Source of the DNA: an uncultured Phycisphaeraceae bacterium | GTDB lineage: Bacteria; Planctomycetota; Phycisphaerae; Phycisphaerales; UBA1924 | NCBI GenBank assembly: GCA_964531675.1 | Contig: CAZHFW010000007.1 | Location: 6,754 to 70,753, forward strand | DNA length: 64,000 nt | Reading direction: 5' to 3' | Shown here: positions 1-9,384 of the stretch, piece after piece | Position numbering within the stretch: position 1 is the first letter of the stretch | How the letters are laid out: each line of letters opens with the position of its first letter | Notes under the pieces: generated by a model | Told to the model about the DNA's origin: nothing | Database searches by the model: none | The model's input: the letters and a program-made list of their open reading frames with translations, nothing else | Program-made: the position numbers and the translations under genes

Positions 1-705
1 CGTCCGGTGCGCACGCCTCACCACACAGCATCGTCGGCGGCGATCGTGGGGGGCGGGATGATCCCAAGGCCCGGTGAGATCTCGCTGGCGCATCGGGGCG
101 TGCTCTTCCTGGACGAGCTGCCGGAGTTCCCGCGCGACGTGCTGGAGACGCTGCGCCAGCCGATGGAGGATCATGTGGTGACGATCGCGCGGGCCCACGC
201 GAGCGTGCGGTTCCCCGCGAGCTTCATGCTGGTGGCGGCGATGAACCCCACGCCCAAGGGCGACATCGCGCCGGGGGAGGTGGGGCGTCGGGAGATGGAG
301 CGCTATCTGTCGAGGCTCTCGGGGCCTTTGCTGGATCGCATCGACATCCACGTGGAGGCGCCCGCGGTGCCTTGGGCGGAGCTCTCGCGGGCGCCGACAG
401 GCACGAGTTCGGCGCAGATGCGCGATCAGGCCCTGCAGGCGCGCGAGCGGCAGCTCAAGCGGCAGGGCCAATCGACCCCGAACTCGAGGCTCAGCGGGAA
501 GCAGCTCGATGAGCTGGCGCCGTTCGAAGAGCGGGCGCGGAGCCTGCTTGGTCAGGCGATGCAGAGCCTGGGGCTCTCGGCGCGGGCGTATGACAAGATT
601 CGGCGCGTCTCACGCTCGATCGCGGATCTGGCGGGGAAGGACGTGATCGAGGCGGCCCATGTGAGCGAAGCGATCCAGTACCGGCTTCTGGACCGGAAAG
701 TCTGA
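1..705 (+). CDS. comM: YifB/ComM-family Mg-chelatase-like AAA+ ATPase, C-terminal part (5' end lies outside the window)
   Basis: The frame is open from base 1, and the tracked ORF 7..705 merely starts at an internal GTG. Family-typical motifs are GEISLAHRGVLFLDELPEF, LRQPMED, FMLVAAMNP and LLDRIDIHVE, followed by a helical C-terminal tail. Confidence 0.85.
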   Translation, partial: RPVRTPHHTASSAAIVGGGMIPRPGEISLAHRGVLFLDELPEFPRDVLETLRQPMEDHVVTIARAHASVRFPASFMLVAAMNPTPKGDIAPGEVGRREMERYLSRLSGPLLDRIDIHVEAPAVPWAELSRAPTGTSSAQMRDQALQARERQLKRQGQSTPNSRLSGKQLDELAPFEERARSLLGQAMQSLGLSARAYDKIRRVSRSIADLAGKDVIEAAHVSEAIQYRLLDRKV

Positions 706-731
706 GCCGGTTGACGGCCCGATGGGATCGG

Positions 732-2354
732 TCAATCGCAGCTCTGATCGAACGCGTTGAAGAACATGAAGAAGTCGATCAGGTCGAGCTGGGAGTTCTT
801 GTCGAGGTCGGCGCAGGGAAGGTTGAGGTCCCAGCAGTTGAAGAACTCGAAGAAGTCGCTCAGGTCGACTCCGGGCACGCCGTCGAGATCGGCGGGGCAG
901 CTCACGCTCAGGTTGATCGGGCTGGAGGTCGCGGAGGCGCAGCCGACGTTTGAGGATGCGACGGCGGTGTAGGCGCCGGCGTTGCTGGCGCCGACGCCGG
1001 TGATGGTGAGGTTGGGGGTGTGGGTGCCCGTAAAGAGCGCGCCGTGCTCGTCGACGCCATCGTCGAGGGCGACGCCCTCGTGGTACCAGCGGACCGAGAC
1101 GCTGGCGCCGGGGGAGACGCTGACGCTCAGGGAGACGTTGGAGTCCCAGACCGCTTCGGTGCTTGAGCTCTGGGAGTTGATGCGTGCGCCGGTGTCGGGC
1201 GGGATGAGGAACTTGAGGATGGAGGGGAAGCGCTGGGACCAGTAGAACTCGTTGTGGACGTTTCCAGCGGCTTCGACGGACTTCATGTCGAGGTTGTCGG
1301 TGAAGCCGACGCCTTCGAGCACCGCCTTCATGTCGCGGAGGGTCTCGATGTAGTCGTCGATCCCGTTGCTGTTGGCGTCGGTGGTGGAGCCGGCCTCGAT
1401 GGTGCCCATGTCCTGGTAGAAGTGGGTGAGGCAGCTCGGACGGCCCGTGGTCGCGATGAAGTTGTAGAGCGGGGCCTGGGCCCAGTACGAGGGCGAGATC
1501 GCAGCAACGCGGCTGAAGGTTTGTCCGTAGGCGAAGCCCGCGTACGCGGAGAGGACGCCGCCGAGTGAGGAGCCGGCCATGTAGGTGTACTCGGGGCCGG
1601 TGCGGGTGCGGTAGCGCTGGTTGACCTCGGGGATGAGGACGTCGCGGATGGCGGTGAGCAAGGCGTCAGCGCCGCCGCCGCAGGAGAGGTTGGTGGTGGA
1701 GTAGGGGGTGTAGTCGAAGCAGCGGGTGGAGCCGTTGTTCTCGATGCCGACGACGATGATGGGCGGGATCTGGCCCGAGGCGATGAGCGACTCGCAAGTC
1801 TCGTCGACCTTCCACTCCCCCGCGAAGCTGGTCGCGGGGTCGAAGAGGTTCTGGCCGTCGTGCATGTAGAGGACCGGGTAGCGGTTGTTCGACGTGAAGT
1901 AGTCGGGCGGGAGGTAGACCCAGCACTTGCGTCCGTTCATGAAGGGCGCGAAGGTGAAGGACTCGACGTGGCCCGCGATGGCGGCGTTGCGATCGGCCCA
2001 GTTGGCGACGCTGAGGTTGAGCGTCGCGGTGTTCTGGGGCGTGTAGACGCGGTTGGCGATCTCTTCGCCATTGGCGCCCTTCTCGACGCTGGCCCAGGAC
2101 CCGCGGGTGAACTTGTACTGGATCTGGGTTCCGGCGGGCAGGTTGAGCGTGATCTGGTGGGTGCCATCGGACTGCTTCGCCAGCGCGTAGGCGGGGTCGC
2201 CGGGGAGCCAGCCCTGGAAGTTCCCGGCGATGTAGATCGTGTCGGCCGAAGGCGTGGAGGTGGGGACCTGAACGCGGAAGGTGATGTTGACGGCGCGCGC
2301 CTGGAGCGCAAGCAACACCGCCAGCAGGGCGATGAATGGAGTCTTCCGGTTCAT
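732..2354 (-). CDS. Secreted multidomain esterase: signal peptide, CBM20-like starch-binding module, esterase-D/enterochelin-esterase-like alpha/beta hydrolase, Ig-like domain, twin dockerin/EF-hand-like C-terminal repeats
   Basis: N-terminal signal (FIALLAVLLALQARA). CBM20-like IYIAGNFQGW...YKFTRGSWASVE. Esterase motifs YPVLYMHDGQNLFD and the nucleophile elbow GSSLGG. The tail carries two copies of D-x-D...DL-x-DFF-x-FFN-x-[WF]D. Confidence 0.8.
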   Translation of the reverse strand: MNRKTPFIALLAVLLALQARAVNITFRVQVPTSTPSADTIYIAGNFQGWLPGDPAYALAKQSDGTHQITLNLPAGTQIQYKFTRGSWASVEKGANGEEIANRVYTPQNTATLNLSVANWADRNAAIAGHVESFTFAPFMNGRKCWVYLPPDYFTSNNRYPVLYMHDGQNLFDPATSFAGEWKVDETCESLIASGQIPPIIVVGIENNGSTRCFDYTPYSTTNLSCGGGADALLTAIRDVLIPEVNQRYRTRTGPEYTYMAGSSLGGVLSAYAGFAYGQTFSRVAAISPSYWAQAPLYNFIATTGRPSCLTHFYQDMGTIEAGSTTDANSNGIDDYIETLRDMKAVLEGVGFTDNLDMKSVEAAGNVHNEFYWSQRFPSILKFLIPPDTGARINSQSSSTEAVWDSNVSLSVSVSPGASVSVRWYHEGVALDDGVDEHGALFTGTHTPNLTITGVGASNAGAYTAVASSNVGCASATSSPINLSVSCPADLDGVPGVDLSDFFEFFNCWDLNLPCADLDKNSQLDLIDFFMFFNAFDQSCD

Positions 2355-2515
2355 GGTGATTCTCTATTCTATGTTGAGGGTCCGTTCGGTTCGAGGGAAA
2401 TCGCATCCGGGGCTCAGAACGCCGCGGTTCTGGCGCGGTCGCTCCGGATGTGGGGATGCGGCAACCTGGGCGACCCCCGGGGTGGAGCGGGCCGGGAATC
2501 CCTACCATCGGCCCT

Positions 2516-4546
2516 ATGAGTCAGCCGGGTTGCACGCGTTTCTCGTTGTTCGGACTTTGCTTGCTCTTGGGGGTGGTCGCGGGGCTTCTGGCGCCGGCCG
2601 GGTGCGCCAGCACGCGATCGGGGGCCAAGCCCGCGCAGGTTCCCGGGCCCGAGGGGGCCTATGGGGCGGCCGGGGGAACCTACTTCCGTGACCCCGCAAC
2701 GAGCATCTTCAGGCCTCTGGACCTCCCGACGCCGAACGAACAGCGGACGGGTTCGGGGGCTCCGGGCGTGCACTACTGGCAGCAGCGCTGCGACTATCGG
2801 ATCGAGGCGACGCTGGATGAGGCGGCCCGCACCGTCACGGGATCGGGCACCATCACGTACACGAACAACTCGCCCGACGCCTTGGACTACATCTGGATCC
2901 ACCTCGAGCAGAACGTCTACAAGAAGGACAGCCTGGGAAGGCTCGCGCAGGGGCCTGACGCCGGGCTCGGCGGGACAGGCGACCTGACCGACGGCATCAC
3001 GCTCACGTCGTTGACGATGGGCGGGCAGCCTCTGAAGTTCACGGTCTACGACACGCTGGCGCGCATCGATCTGCCCAGGCCGCTGCCGCCGCGGAGCTCG
3101 ATGAGCTTTGACGCGAGCTGGAGCTTCGCGATTCCTCCCAACGGCTCGGACCGCATGGGGCGTGAGGACGTCGAGCAGGGCACGCTCTTCTTGGTGGCGC
3201 AGTGGTACCCCGCGGTCGCGGTGTACGACGACGTGTACGGGTGGAACACGCTTCCCTACATCAGCGTGGGCGAGTTCTACTTCGACTTCGGGTCGTTTGA
3301 CGTGAAGCTCACCGTGCCCCGCGCGCACGTGGTCTCCGCGACGGGTCTGTTGCAGAATCCGGCGGATGTGCTCACGTCCGAGCAGATCGCAAGGCTGGCG
3401 GAGGCGGCCAAGGGTCCCGGGACGACGATGATCATCGGGCGGGATGAGGTCGGCAAGCCCGAGACGCGGCCGCAAGTCGCATCGGAAACGCTCACGTGGC
3501 ACTTCAAGGCCGATCGGGTCCGCTCGTTCGCGTGGGCGTCGAGCAAGGCGTTCATCTGGGACGCTGCGGCGGTGCAGGGACTTTCGCATCCGGTGCTGGC
3601 CCAGTCGTTCTACCCCAAGGAAGCGATCAAGACCTGGGAGAAGTCGACGGAGTATCTGCGCTTCAGCATCGAGCACTACAGCCAGAAGTGGTACGAGTAT
3701 CCGTACCCGATCGCGAGCAACATCAACGGGCCCGTGCCTGGCATGGAGTACCCGATGATCATCTTCTGTGCTGCTCGTCAGGACCCGAAGGATCTCTACG
3801 GTGTCACGACGCACGAGATCGGGCACAACTGGTTCCCGATGACGGTCAACACGGATGAGCGCCGGCACGCCTGGATGGACGAGGGCTTCAACACGTTCGT
3901 CAACTACTACTCGCACAAGGCCTACTTCAGCGAGGAGCCCGCGGAGGACTCCAGCATGCGCGAGGCGGCCGAGCAGAGCCTGCGCTCTGAGATGCAGCCC
4001 ATCGAGACCGGGCCCGACGCGATCTGGCATGGAAGACTGGGGTATCTGGCCTACGGCCGGCCCGCGACGTCGTTGCGGCTGCTGCGCGAGGTCGTGCTCG
4101 GGCCCGAGCGGTTTGACGTCGCGTTCCGGAGCTACATCCGTCGGTGGGCGTTCAAGAGCCCGAGGCCCGCGGACTTCTTCCGATCGATGGAGGACGCGTC
4201 GGGCGCGGACCTGGCGTGGTTCTGGCGCGGCTTCTTCCTGGAGGCGGGCACCCTCGATCAGGCGGTGGTCGCGGTCCGGCAGCCCACGGGCGCCACGACC
4301 GAGGCCCAGGGGACGGTCACGCTGCGGAACCTGGGAACCCAGGTGATGCCGGTGCGTCTGCGCCTGTCGCTGGACGACGGGAAGGCGATCGATGTCGCAC
4401 TCCCGGTGGAAATCTGGGCAACCACCAATCAGTGGACCGCTCGTGTCGACACGGGTGGGAAGCGGATCGTGAAGGCGGAGGTTGATCCGGAGCATCTCCT
4501 GCCGGACGTCGAGCTGGCGAACAATGTGTGGTCGGTCAATCCGTAA
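2516..4546 (+). CDS. M1-family zinc metallopeptidase (aminopeptidase N-like), probable lipoprotein
   Basis: HEIGH followed 18 residues later by E (HEIGHNWFPMTVNTDERRHAWMDEGF), which is the gluzincin signature. I chose the ATG at 2516 because it opens a lipobox-like signal (LLLGVVAGLLAPAGC); the tracked ORF starts earlier, at 2450. Confidence 0.85.
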   Translation: MSQPGCTRFSLFGLCLLLGVVAGLLAPAGCASTRSGAKPAQVPGPEGAYGAAGGTYFRDPATSIFRPLDLPTPNEQRTGSGAPGVHYWQQRCDYRIEATLDEAARTVTGSGTITYTNNSPDALDYIWIHLEQNVYKKDSLGRLAQGPDAGLGGTGDLTDGITLTSLTMGGQPLKFTVYDTLARIDLPRPLPPRSSMSFDASWSFAIPPNGSDRMGREDVEQGTLFLVAQWYPAVAVYDDVYGWNTLPYISVGEFYFDFGSFDVKLTVPRAHVVSATGLLQNPADVLTSEQIARLAEAAKGPGTTMIIGRDEVGKPETRPQVASETLTWHFKADRVRSFAWASSKAFIWDAAAVQGLSHPVLAQSFYPKEAIKTWEKSTEYLRFSIEHYSQKWYEYPYPIASNINGPVPGMEYPMIIFCAARQDPKDLYGVTTHEIGHNWFPMTVNTDERRHAWMDEGFNTFVNYYSHKAYFSEEPAEDSSMREAAEQSLRSEMQPIETGPDAIWHGRLGYLAYGRPATSLRLLREVVLGPERFDVAFRSYIRRWAFKSPRPADFFRSMEDASGADLAWFWRGFFLEAGTLDQAVVAVRQPTGATTEAQGTVTLRNLGTQVMPVRLRLSLDDGKAIDVALPVEIWATTNQWTARVDTGGKRIVKAEVDPEHLLPDVELANNVWSVNP

Positions 4547-4634
4547 GAGCAGCATCTTGCCGAGCCGCAGCGGGCCGCTGCGGGCCGGCCTTGAGAGAAA
4601 CAGCAGATTTTGGCTTTTTCATCAGGAGCTTGTG

Positions 4635-6548
4635 ATGAACCGTTCGTTGATCGTGGCGTTGGCAGCGGGTCTTGCGATGTGGGCCGGTCCGGCGATGGCG
4701 CAGGAGCACGCAGCCGCGGCGGCGGCGACGCAGCCGGCGGGTCGCAAGCCTGTGAAGACGCTCGATGATCTTCCGCGGCACACCTACAAGATCGAGGGAA
4801 AGGCCTCCGAGTTCCTGCTCTCCGATGCGCCCTTCAAGGCGTTCGTGGAGAAGGTGAAGGCCGACACGCTCGACGATCTCTCGAAGTACGACATCCAGGA
4901 TCCGACCACGCTCCAGGGGTACTACACGCTCCTCCAGCAGATCGCGATCTTCGAGGGACGCGATGCCGACGCCTTGGCGCTGGTCGCGAAGGTGCGCGAG
5001 CTCGAGGGGAAAGAGTCCAAGAAGCTCATGACGGGCCAGGTGCTGGGCGCGTACATCGCGGCCAAGAAGGCGGGCGATGCGGCGGCGGTGGAGAAGGCGT
5101 TCGCGGCCGATCTCGATAAGCGCGTCCGGGCCCTGCCTTTCGAGACCATCTCCGACGATCTCAAGCAGGCCAAGGGCCGCGCCGAGATCATCCGCAAGGA
5201 GCTCGTGCTTGGCTCGCTCCAGGGCCAGCTCGATCCGGTCGTGGCGGCTCAGAACGGCGAGCTGAGCGGCGAACTGGTCCGCGGCCTGATCAGCGCCCGC
5301 GTGTCGATTGACGTCATCCTCCCCCTCCAGCCCGCGGTCGCGAAGGTCTACGGCAAGATCATCGCCGACAACGAGGCGTCCAAGCTCGCCGCCAAGGACA
5401 TCTGGACCCCCAACCAGGTCACGCTCACCGAAGCCGACCACGGCACGCCGGTGGTCATCGGCATCTGGGACTCGGGCACCGACGTCAAGCTCTTCCCCAA
5501 CCAGCTCTACGTGAACGCCAAAGAAGTCGTCAACGGCAAGGACGACGACGGCAATGGCTTCGTTGATGACGTTAACGGCATCGCGTTCGACCTGGACTCC
5601 AACGCGGTCCCGGAGCTCCTGCACAGCACCACGGGCTTCAACGCGGGCCTCGACAACGTCAAGCAGTACACCAAGGGGTTCATGGACCTCCAGGCCAACA
5701 TCGAGAGCCCCGAAGCATCGACTCTCCGCGCCCACATCACCTCGCTCAGCCAGGATCAGATCACGCCCTTCATGGAGGATCTGGGCCTCTACGGCAACTA
5801 CTCCCACGGCACGCACGTCTCGGGCATCGCCGCGGCGGGCAACCCCTACGCCAGGCTCCTCCCGGCCCGCATCACCTTCGACTACCACACGATCCCGACC
5901 AAGACTCCCAGCGTCGCCGACGCCAAGAAGGAGGCGGAGGCGGGGATGCGCACCATCGCCTACTTCAAGCAGGCGGGCGTGCGCGTCGTGAACATGAGCT
6001 GGGGCGGCTCGCGCTCCGACATCGAGAAGGCGCTGGAAATGAAGGTCCCGGGCATGAAGCCCGCGGAGCGTGCGGCCCTCTCCCGCGAGATCTTCAAGAT
6101 CGGCGAAGACGCGCTGAAGAAGGCCATGACCGACGCTCCCGAGATCCTCTTCGTGGTCGCGGCGGGCAACAGCGACAACGACAACGAGTTCGCCGAGGTC
6201 TTCCCCTCGGGCCTGAACCTCCCCAACATGATCACGGTCGGCGCCATCGACTCCAGCGGCAAGCCCACGGGCTTCACCACCTTCGGCAAGAACGTGAAGC
6301 TCTACGCCAATGGCTTTGAAGTCGACAGCTACGTCCCGGGCGGCGAGCGCATGAAGCTCTCCGGCACCTCGATGGCGGCTCCCAACGCCGCCAACCTGGC
6401 GGGCAAGATCCTCGCGGTCAACCCCAAGCTCACGACCCAGCAGGTCATCGAGCTCATCAACAATGGCGCTGATCCGATGGAAGGCCAGCCCGGTCGCTTC
6501 ATCATCAACCCCAAGAAGACCATCGAGATGGCCCGCAAGATGAACTGA
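4635..6548 (+). CDS. Secreted S8 (subtilisin-like) serine peptidase with a long helical N-terminal region
   Basis: Catalytic motifs GIWDSGTD (Asp), HGTHVSGIAAAG (His), AAGNSDND (oxyanion Asn) and SGTSMAAPNAANLAG (Ser). The ATG at 4635 is preceded by AGGAG (4624-4628) and opens the signal peptide MNRSLIVALAAGLAMWAGPAMA. Confidence 0.85.
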   Translation: MNRSLIVALAAGLAMWAGPAMAQEHAAAAAATQPAGRKPVKTLDDLPRHTYKIEGKASEFLLSDAPFKAFVEKVKADTLDDLSKYDIQDPTTLQGYYTLLQQIAIFEGRDADALALVAKVRELEGKESKKLMTGQVLGAYIAAKKAGDAAAVEKAFAADLDKRVRALPFETISDDLKQAKGRAEIIRKELVLGSLQGQLDPVVAAQNGELSGELVRGLISARVSIDVILPLQPAVAKVYGKIIADNEASKLAAKDIWTPNQVTLTEADHGTPVVIGIWDSGTDVKLFPNQLYVNAKEVVNGKDDDGNGFVDDVNGIAFDLDSNAVPELLHSTTGFNAGLDNVKQYTKGFMDLQANIESPEASTLRAHITSLSQDQITPFMEDLGLYGNYSHGTHVSGIAAAGNPYARLLPARITFDYHTIPTKTPSVADAKKEAEAGMRTIAYFKQAGVRVVNMSWGGSRSDIEKALEMKVPGMKPAERAALSREIFKIGEDALKKAMTDAPEILFVVAAGNSDNDNEFAEVFPSGLNLPNMITVGAIDSSGKPTGFTTFGKNVKLYANGFEVDSYVPGGERMKLSGTSMAAPNAANLAGKILAVNPKLTTQQVIELINNGADPMEGQPGRFIINPKKTIEMARKMN

Positions 6549-6569
6549 CCCGAGTGCTCAATCAAGAAA

Positions 6570-6602
6570 GGGCCTCCGCCAGCGCGGGGGCCCTTTTTCT
6601 TT
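6570..6602 (+). terminator. Rho-independent terminator between convergent genes (possibly bidirectional)
   Basis: A 10-bp stem, GGGCCTCCGC (6570-6579) paired with GCGGGGGCCC (6584-6593) with one G-U pair, has a CAGC loop and is followed by TTTTTCTTT. An A-rich run (AAGAAAG) lies upstream. Confidence 0.65.
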
Positions 6603-6674
6603 GCGGCCTGTTTGTCTGGCGGCACGTCGCTGGAGCGCAGCGTGGCTGCGCGGATGGTCGTTCTGGCGCGCGGG

Positions 6675-6965
6675 TCATTGCTGCCGGCGGCGGCGGGCCT
6701 TGCGGCCTTCATCGCCCCAGATGCTGATGAGGCCCAGGTCCAGGAGCACCGCGACGATCACCGCGACCATGCCAAGGCCTGTGATCTGGCCGTAGGTATT
6801 CATGGACCACGCGTAGGCGAGCGTGGTGACGGGCATGAAGAAGAACCCCAGGACGGGCCAGAGCTTGGTCTGGAAACCATTGTGGAGGTACTGGCTGAAG
6901 ATCGCCAGCAGCAGCAGGACGAAACGCGGGAACGCGAGCGACAGGAGCGCGAGGATGCATCCCAT
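6675..6965 (-). CDS. Small integral membrane protein (about 3 TM helices, basic C-terminal tail), function unknown
   Basis: The 96-aa translation is hydrophobic and ends in RKARRRRQQ. The codon bias looks like coding sequence. I recognise no family. Confidence 0.5.
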   Translation of the reverse strand: MGCILALLSLAFPRFVLLLLAIFSQYLHNGFQTKLWPVLGFFFMPVTTLAYAWSMNTYGQITGLGMVAVIVAVLLDLGLISIWGDEGRKARRRRQQ

Positions 6966-7030
6966 ACCGATCCCCTTTCAGGAGATTGTTGGAGATGAGC
7001 GCGTTCGGGTTTCAGTCCGTCGGGGGCGGG

Positions 7031-8152
7031 TTACTGCCCGAACAGGTTCTTCTCGGTGACATACCCGTTCTGCTCGAAGTAGGCCAGGGCCTCGGGAACC
7101 GTCTTGAACACCTTTGTGGCGGTCTCGGTGATGAAGGGCGAGGGGTTCTTCTTGGGCTTCCAGACGACGAAGACTTCCTTGGTGTGCTCGAAGGCGTGCT
7201 GGAGCTCGCGCTCGACGCCGCTGGAGAGACCCGGGACGCCGCCCGGGAGTTCGGGGACCAGGCTCACGATCATGTCGGACTGATCGATGAGCTTGAAGTC
7301 GCGCATGTAGATCTGGCCGTCGATGTCTCCGGCGATGTCGAGAACCTCGCGGACGCGGACGCGGATGGGCGGGTTGGAGCGCGAGCCTCCGAAGGAATGG
7401 GCCTCGACGTCGAGGAACTCCTTGCCTTCCTTGGCAGCGGCGATGGCGCGGTCGAGCAGGAGCTTCTCGTCGACGTCGCCCGGATCGAAGCAGATGAAGT
7501 GGCGGGCGAGCTCGGCGCGGAACGCGTCGATCTCCGCGAGCACGTCGGGCATGTCCACCACGTGGCTCATCGGGAAGCTCGGGTACACCTTCTTCATCTC
7601 AGGACGGCACACCAGGCGGAAGAGCGTCTGGATCGTCGGGTTGTGACGCCCGCGCGAGAGGATGTAGAACTTGGAGTTCGGGATCGCCTGCGACAAGAGC
7701 TCGGTCGCGAGGATTTCCTCTTCGCGCCAGACCATGCAGTCCTTCAGGGTCGCGTCGATCTCGTGGTCGCGGTGGAGGCGGTGGTGCACGACCTCGATGT
7801 TGTCGACCAGGCAGACGAAGGTGTCGGGGGAGAGCAGACGCACCTGGTCGTAGTCAAAGGCGCTGAACAGGCCGTGACGCCAGCGGAAGGTGGCGTGCGT
7901 GTTCACGATCAGATTCTTGATGTCGCGCGAATCGGCGATGATGTCCTTGAACGCGGCGCGGCGGAGGGAGTTCAGGCGCGAGATGGGAAGGTCCAGGATC
8001 TTCCCGGGGCGCACGTCCCGGCCCTCGGCGTACATCATGTCGCCGACGTTGTACACGCTGACCGACTCACCCTGAGAGCCCGCAAAGCGGGCGGTGCCCT
8101 CGAGGTAGGCCTTCTTGTCCATGCCGATCTGACCGGTGACGATCGCGCGCAT
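7031..8152 (-). CDS. Two-domain cytoplasmic protein: N-terminal adenylate-kinase/P-loop-like fold with a degenerate loop, plus a C-terminal nucleoside 2-deoxyribosyltransferase-like Rossmann domain
   Basis: I chose the ATG at 8152 (MRAIVTGQIGMDKK...). The C-terminal half (VYPSFPMS...DMIVSLVPE...SSGVERELQHA...VFVVW) resembles NDT-like folds. The assignment rests on eye-level similarity only. Confidence 0.55.
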   Translation of the reverse strand: MRAIVTGQIGMDKKAYLEGTARFAGSQGESVSVYNVGDMMYAEGRDVRPGKILDLPISRLNSLRRAAFKDIIADSRDIKNLIVNTHATFRWRHGLFSAFDYDQVRLLSPDTFVCLVDNIEVVHHRLHRDHEIDATLKDCMVWREEEILATELLSQAIPNSKFYILSRGRHNPTIQTLFRLVCRPEMKKVYPSFPMSHVVDMPDVLAEIDAFRAELARHFICFDPGDVDEKLLLDRAIAAAKEGKEFLDVEAHSFGGSRSNPPIRVRVREVLDIAGDIDGQIYMRDFKLIDQSDMIVSLVPELPGGVPGLSSGVERELQHAFEHTKEVFVVWKPKKNPSPFITETATKVFKTVPEALAYFEQNGYVTEKNLFGQ

Positions 8153-8215
8153 ACGCACTCCTGTTGAAGGAGAGGAGTATAGGAACGCGGCCATCCGGAA
8201 GGGATTTGTGCGGGA

Positions 8216-9307
8216 TCAGCTGCCGCGGAGCCTGATGTCCTGGCGGAAGATCCACACGCCGTCACGCTTGCGGGGTGTGACGATGACCGTTTCGGCGTCC
8301 AGCTTGGTCCGCTTCTCAGGGGTCAGGCGCGGATCGTCGTCGAACCAGACCGTGACGTAGCGCTGGGCGTGCACCGCAGCGTCGGCGTGCATGTGGATGT
8401 GCTGGGGATCGTCGGTGTTCGGATAGCCCGCGGGCCTGATCGTGCGGAAGCGGTACCAGCCGTTGTCGTCGGTGACCGCAACGCCCCGGATGCGCGGCGT
8501 GCGGGTGGAGCTTCCCGTGGGAACGTAAAGCCCGGTCGCGTCGGTGTTGTACGCGATCACCGCGGCCTTGGGCAGAGGCAGGCCCTGCTCATCAAGCACG
8601 CGTCCGAAGAACTCCATGGGCTCGCCCGGCTCCTGATCGGCGCACATGCGGACCGCGGTTTCCGCGAAAGGCTCTTCTTCGGAGGCGAGCTGGCGCAATC
8701 GGGTCGCGAGATTGCGCACATCGGGTGTGCCGGCCTTGGGATTGGCGACCACGCGTACGACCTTGCGGTTGACGAACTCGACCAGAGCGCAGGTCGCGCC
8801 GTCGTCAGTGGAGAGCTTGGAGGCCTTGACCGCGTCTTCGTTTGGATCCGCGATCGTCAGGAGCACGCGGCGCGGCAGCATGGGGCCGAAGGCGGCCTTG
8901 AGCGTGGACTCGGCCTGTTCGGCGGACATCCTGGGATCCGGGACAAGGACCACAAAGCCTGTTGCGGACCCGCTTCCGATCGCGGCCAGCGCATCGTCGA
9001 GCGCCCGGGTGATCGCCGGGACATCCGAGAGCCCCGCGGGGCGCGTCCAGATCGCGACACCCGGCCTGGCGCCCGCGAGCGCCAAGGGGGAGATCATGTT
9101 TCCCGCGCCGGGGCCCGTGATCTGCTTCGGATGGATCTCGGGGAGCTTTGCTCCGGGATCGAGGCCGATCAGCGGTGCTGCGGCTGGTTCATGCTGGTCG
9201 CGCGTGGGGAGTGGGGCGATCCCGGAGGCGGTGCTCGGCCGGCCGGTCGCCAAAGCGCCGAAAGCCAGCGCGATCAGAACGGGACGAGCGGCAACGGGGA
9301 TCCTCAT
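8216..9307 (-). CDS. Secreted protein with a C-terminal intradiol-dioxygenase-like (carboxypeptidase-regulatory-like beta-sandwich) domain
   Basis: The ATG at 9307 opens the signal MRIPVAARPVLIALAFGALA. The C-terminus (GRVLDEQGLPLPKAAVIAYNTDATGLY...DDNGWYRFRTIRPAGYP...PQHIHMH) matches the intradiol ring-cleavage dioxygenase core. The longer tracked ORF (to 10072) overlaps the neighbouring gene and is Arg/Pro-rich. Confidence 0.65.
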   Translation of the reverse strand: MRIPVAARPVLIALAFGALATGRPSTASGIAPLPTRDQHEPAAAPLIGLDPGAKLPEIHPKQITGPGAGNMISPLALAGARPGVAIWTRPAGLSDVPAITRALDDALAAIGSGSATGFVVLVPDPRMSAEQAESTLKAAFGPMLPRRVLLTIADPNEDAVKASKLSTDDGATCALVEFVNRKVVRVVANPKAGTPDVRNLATRLRQLASEEEPFAETAVRMCADQEPGEPMEFFGRVLDEQGLPLPKAAVIAYNTDATGLYVPTGSSTRTPRIRGVAVTDDNGWYRFRTIRPAGYPNTDDPQHIHMHADAAVHAQRYVTVWFDDDPRLTPEKRTKLDAETVIVTPRKRDGVWIFRQDIRLRGS

Positions 9308-9384
9308 CGGCGAACTCCAAGCGTGTGCGCAGAGTCTACCGAGCCGTTCCGCGTGGCGGAGAAAATGCGGCCTGTGTGGATCGA

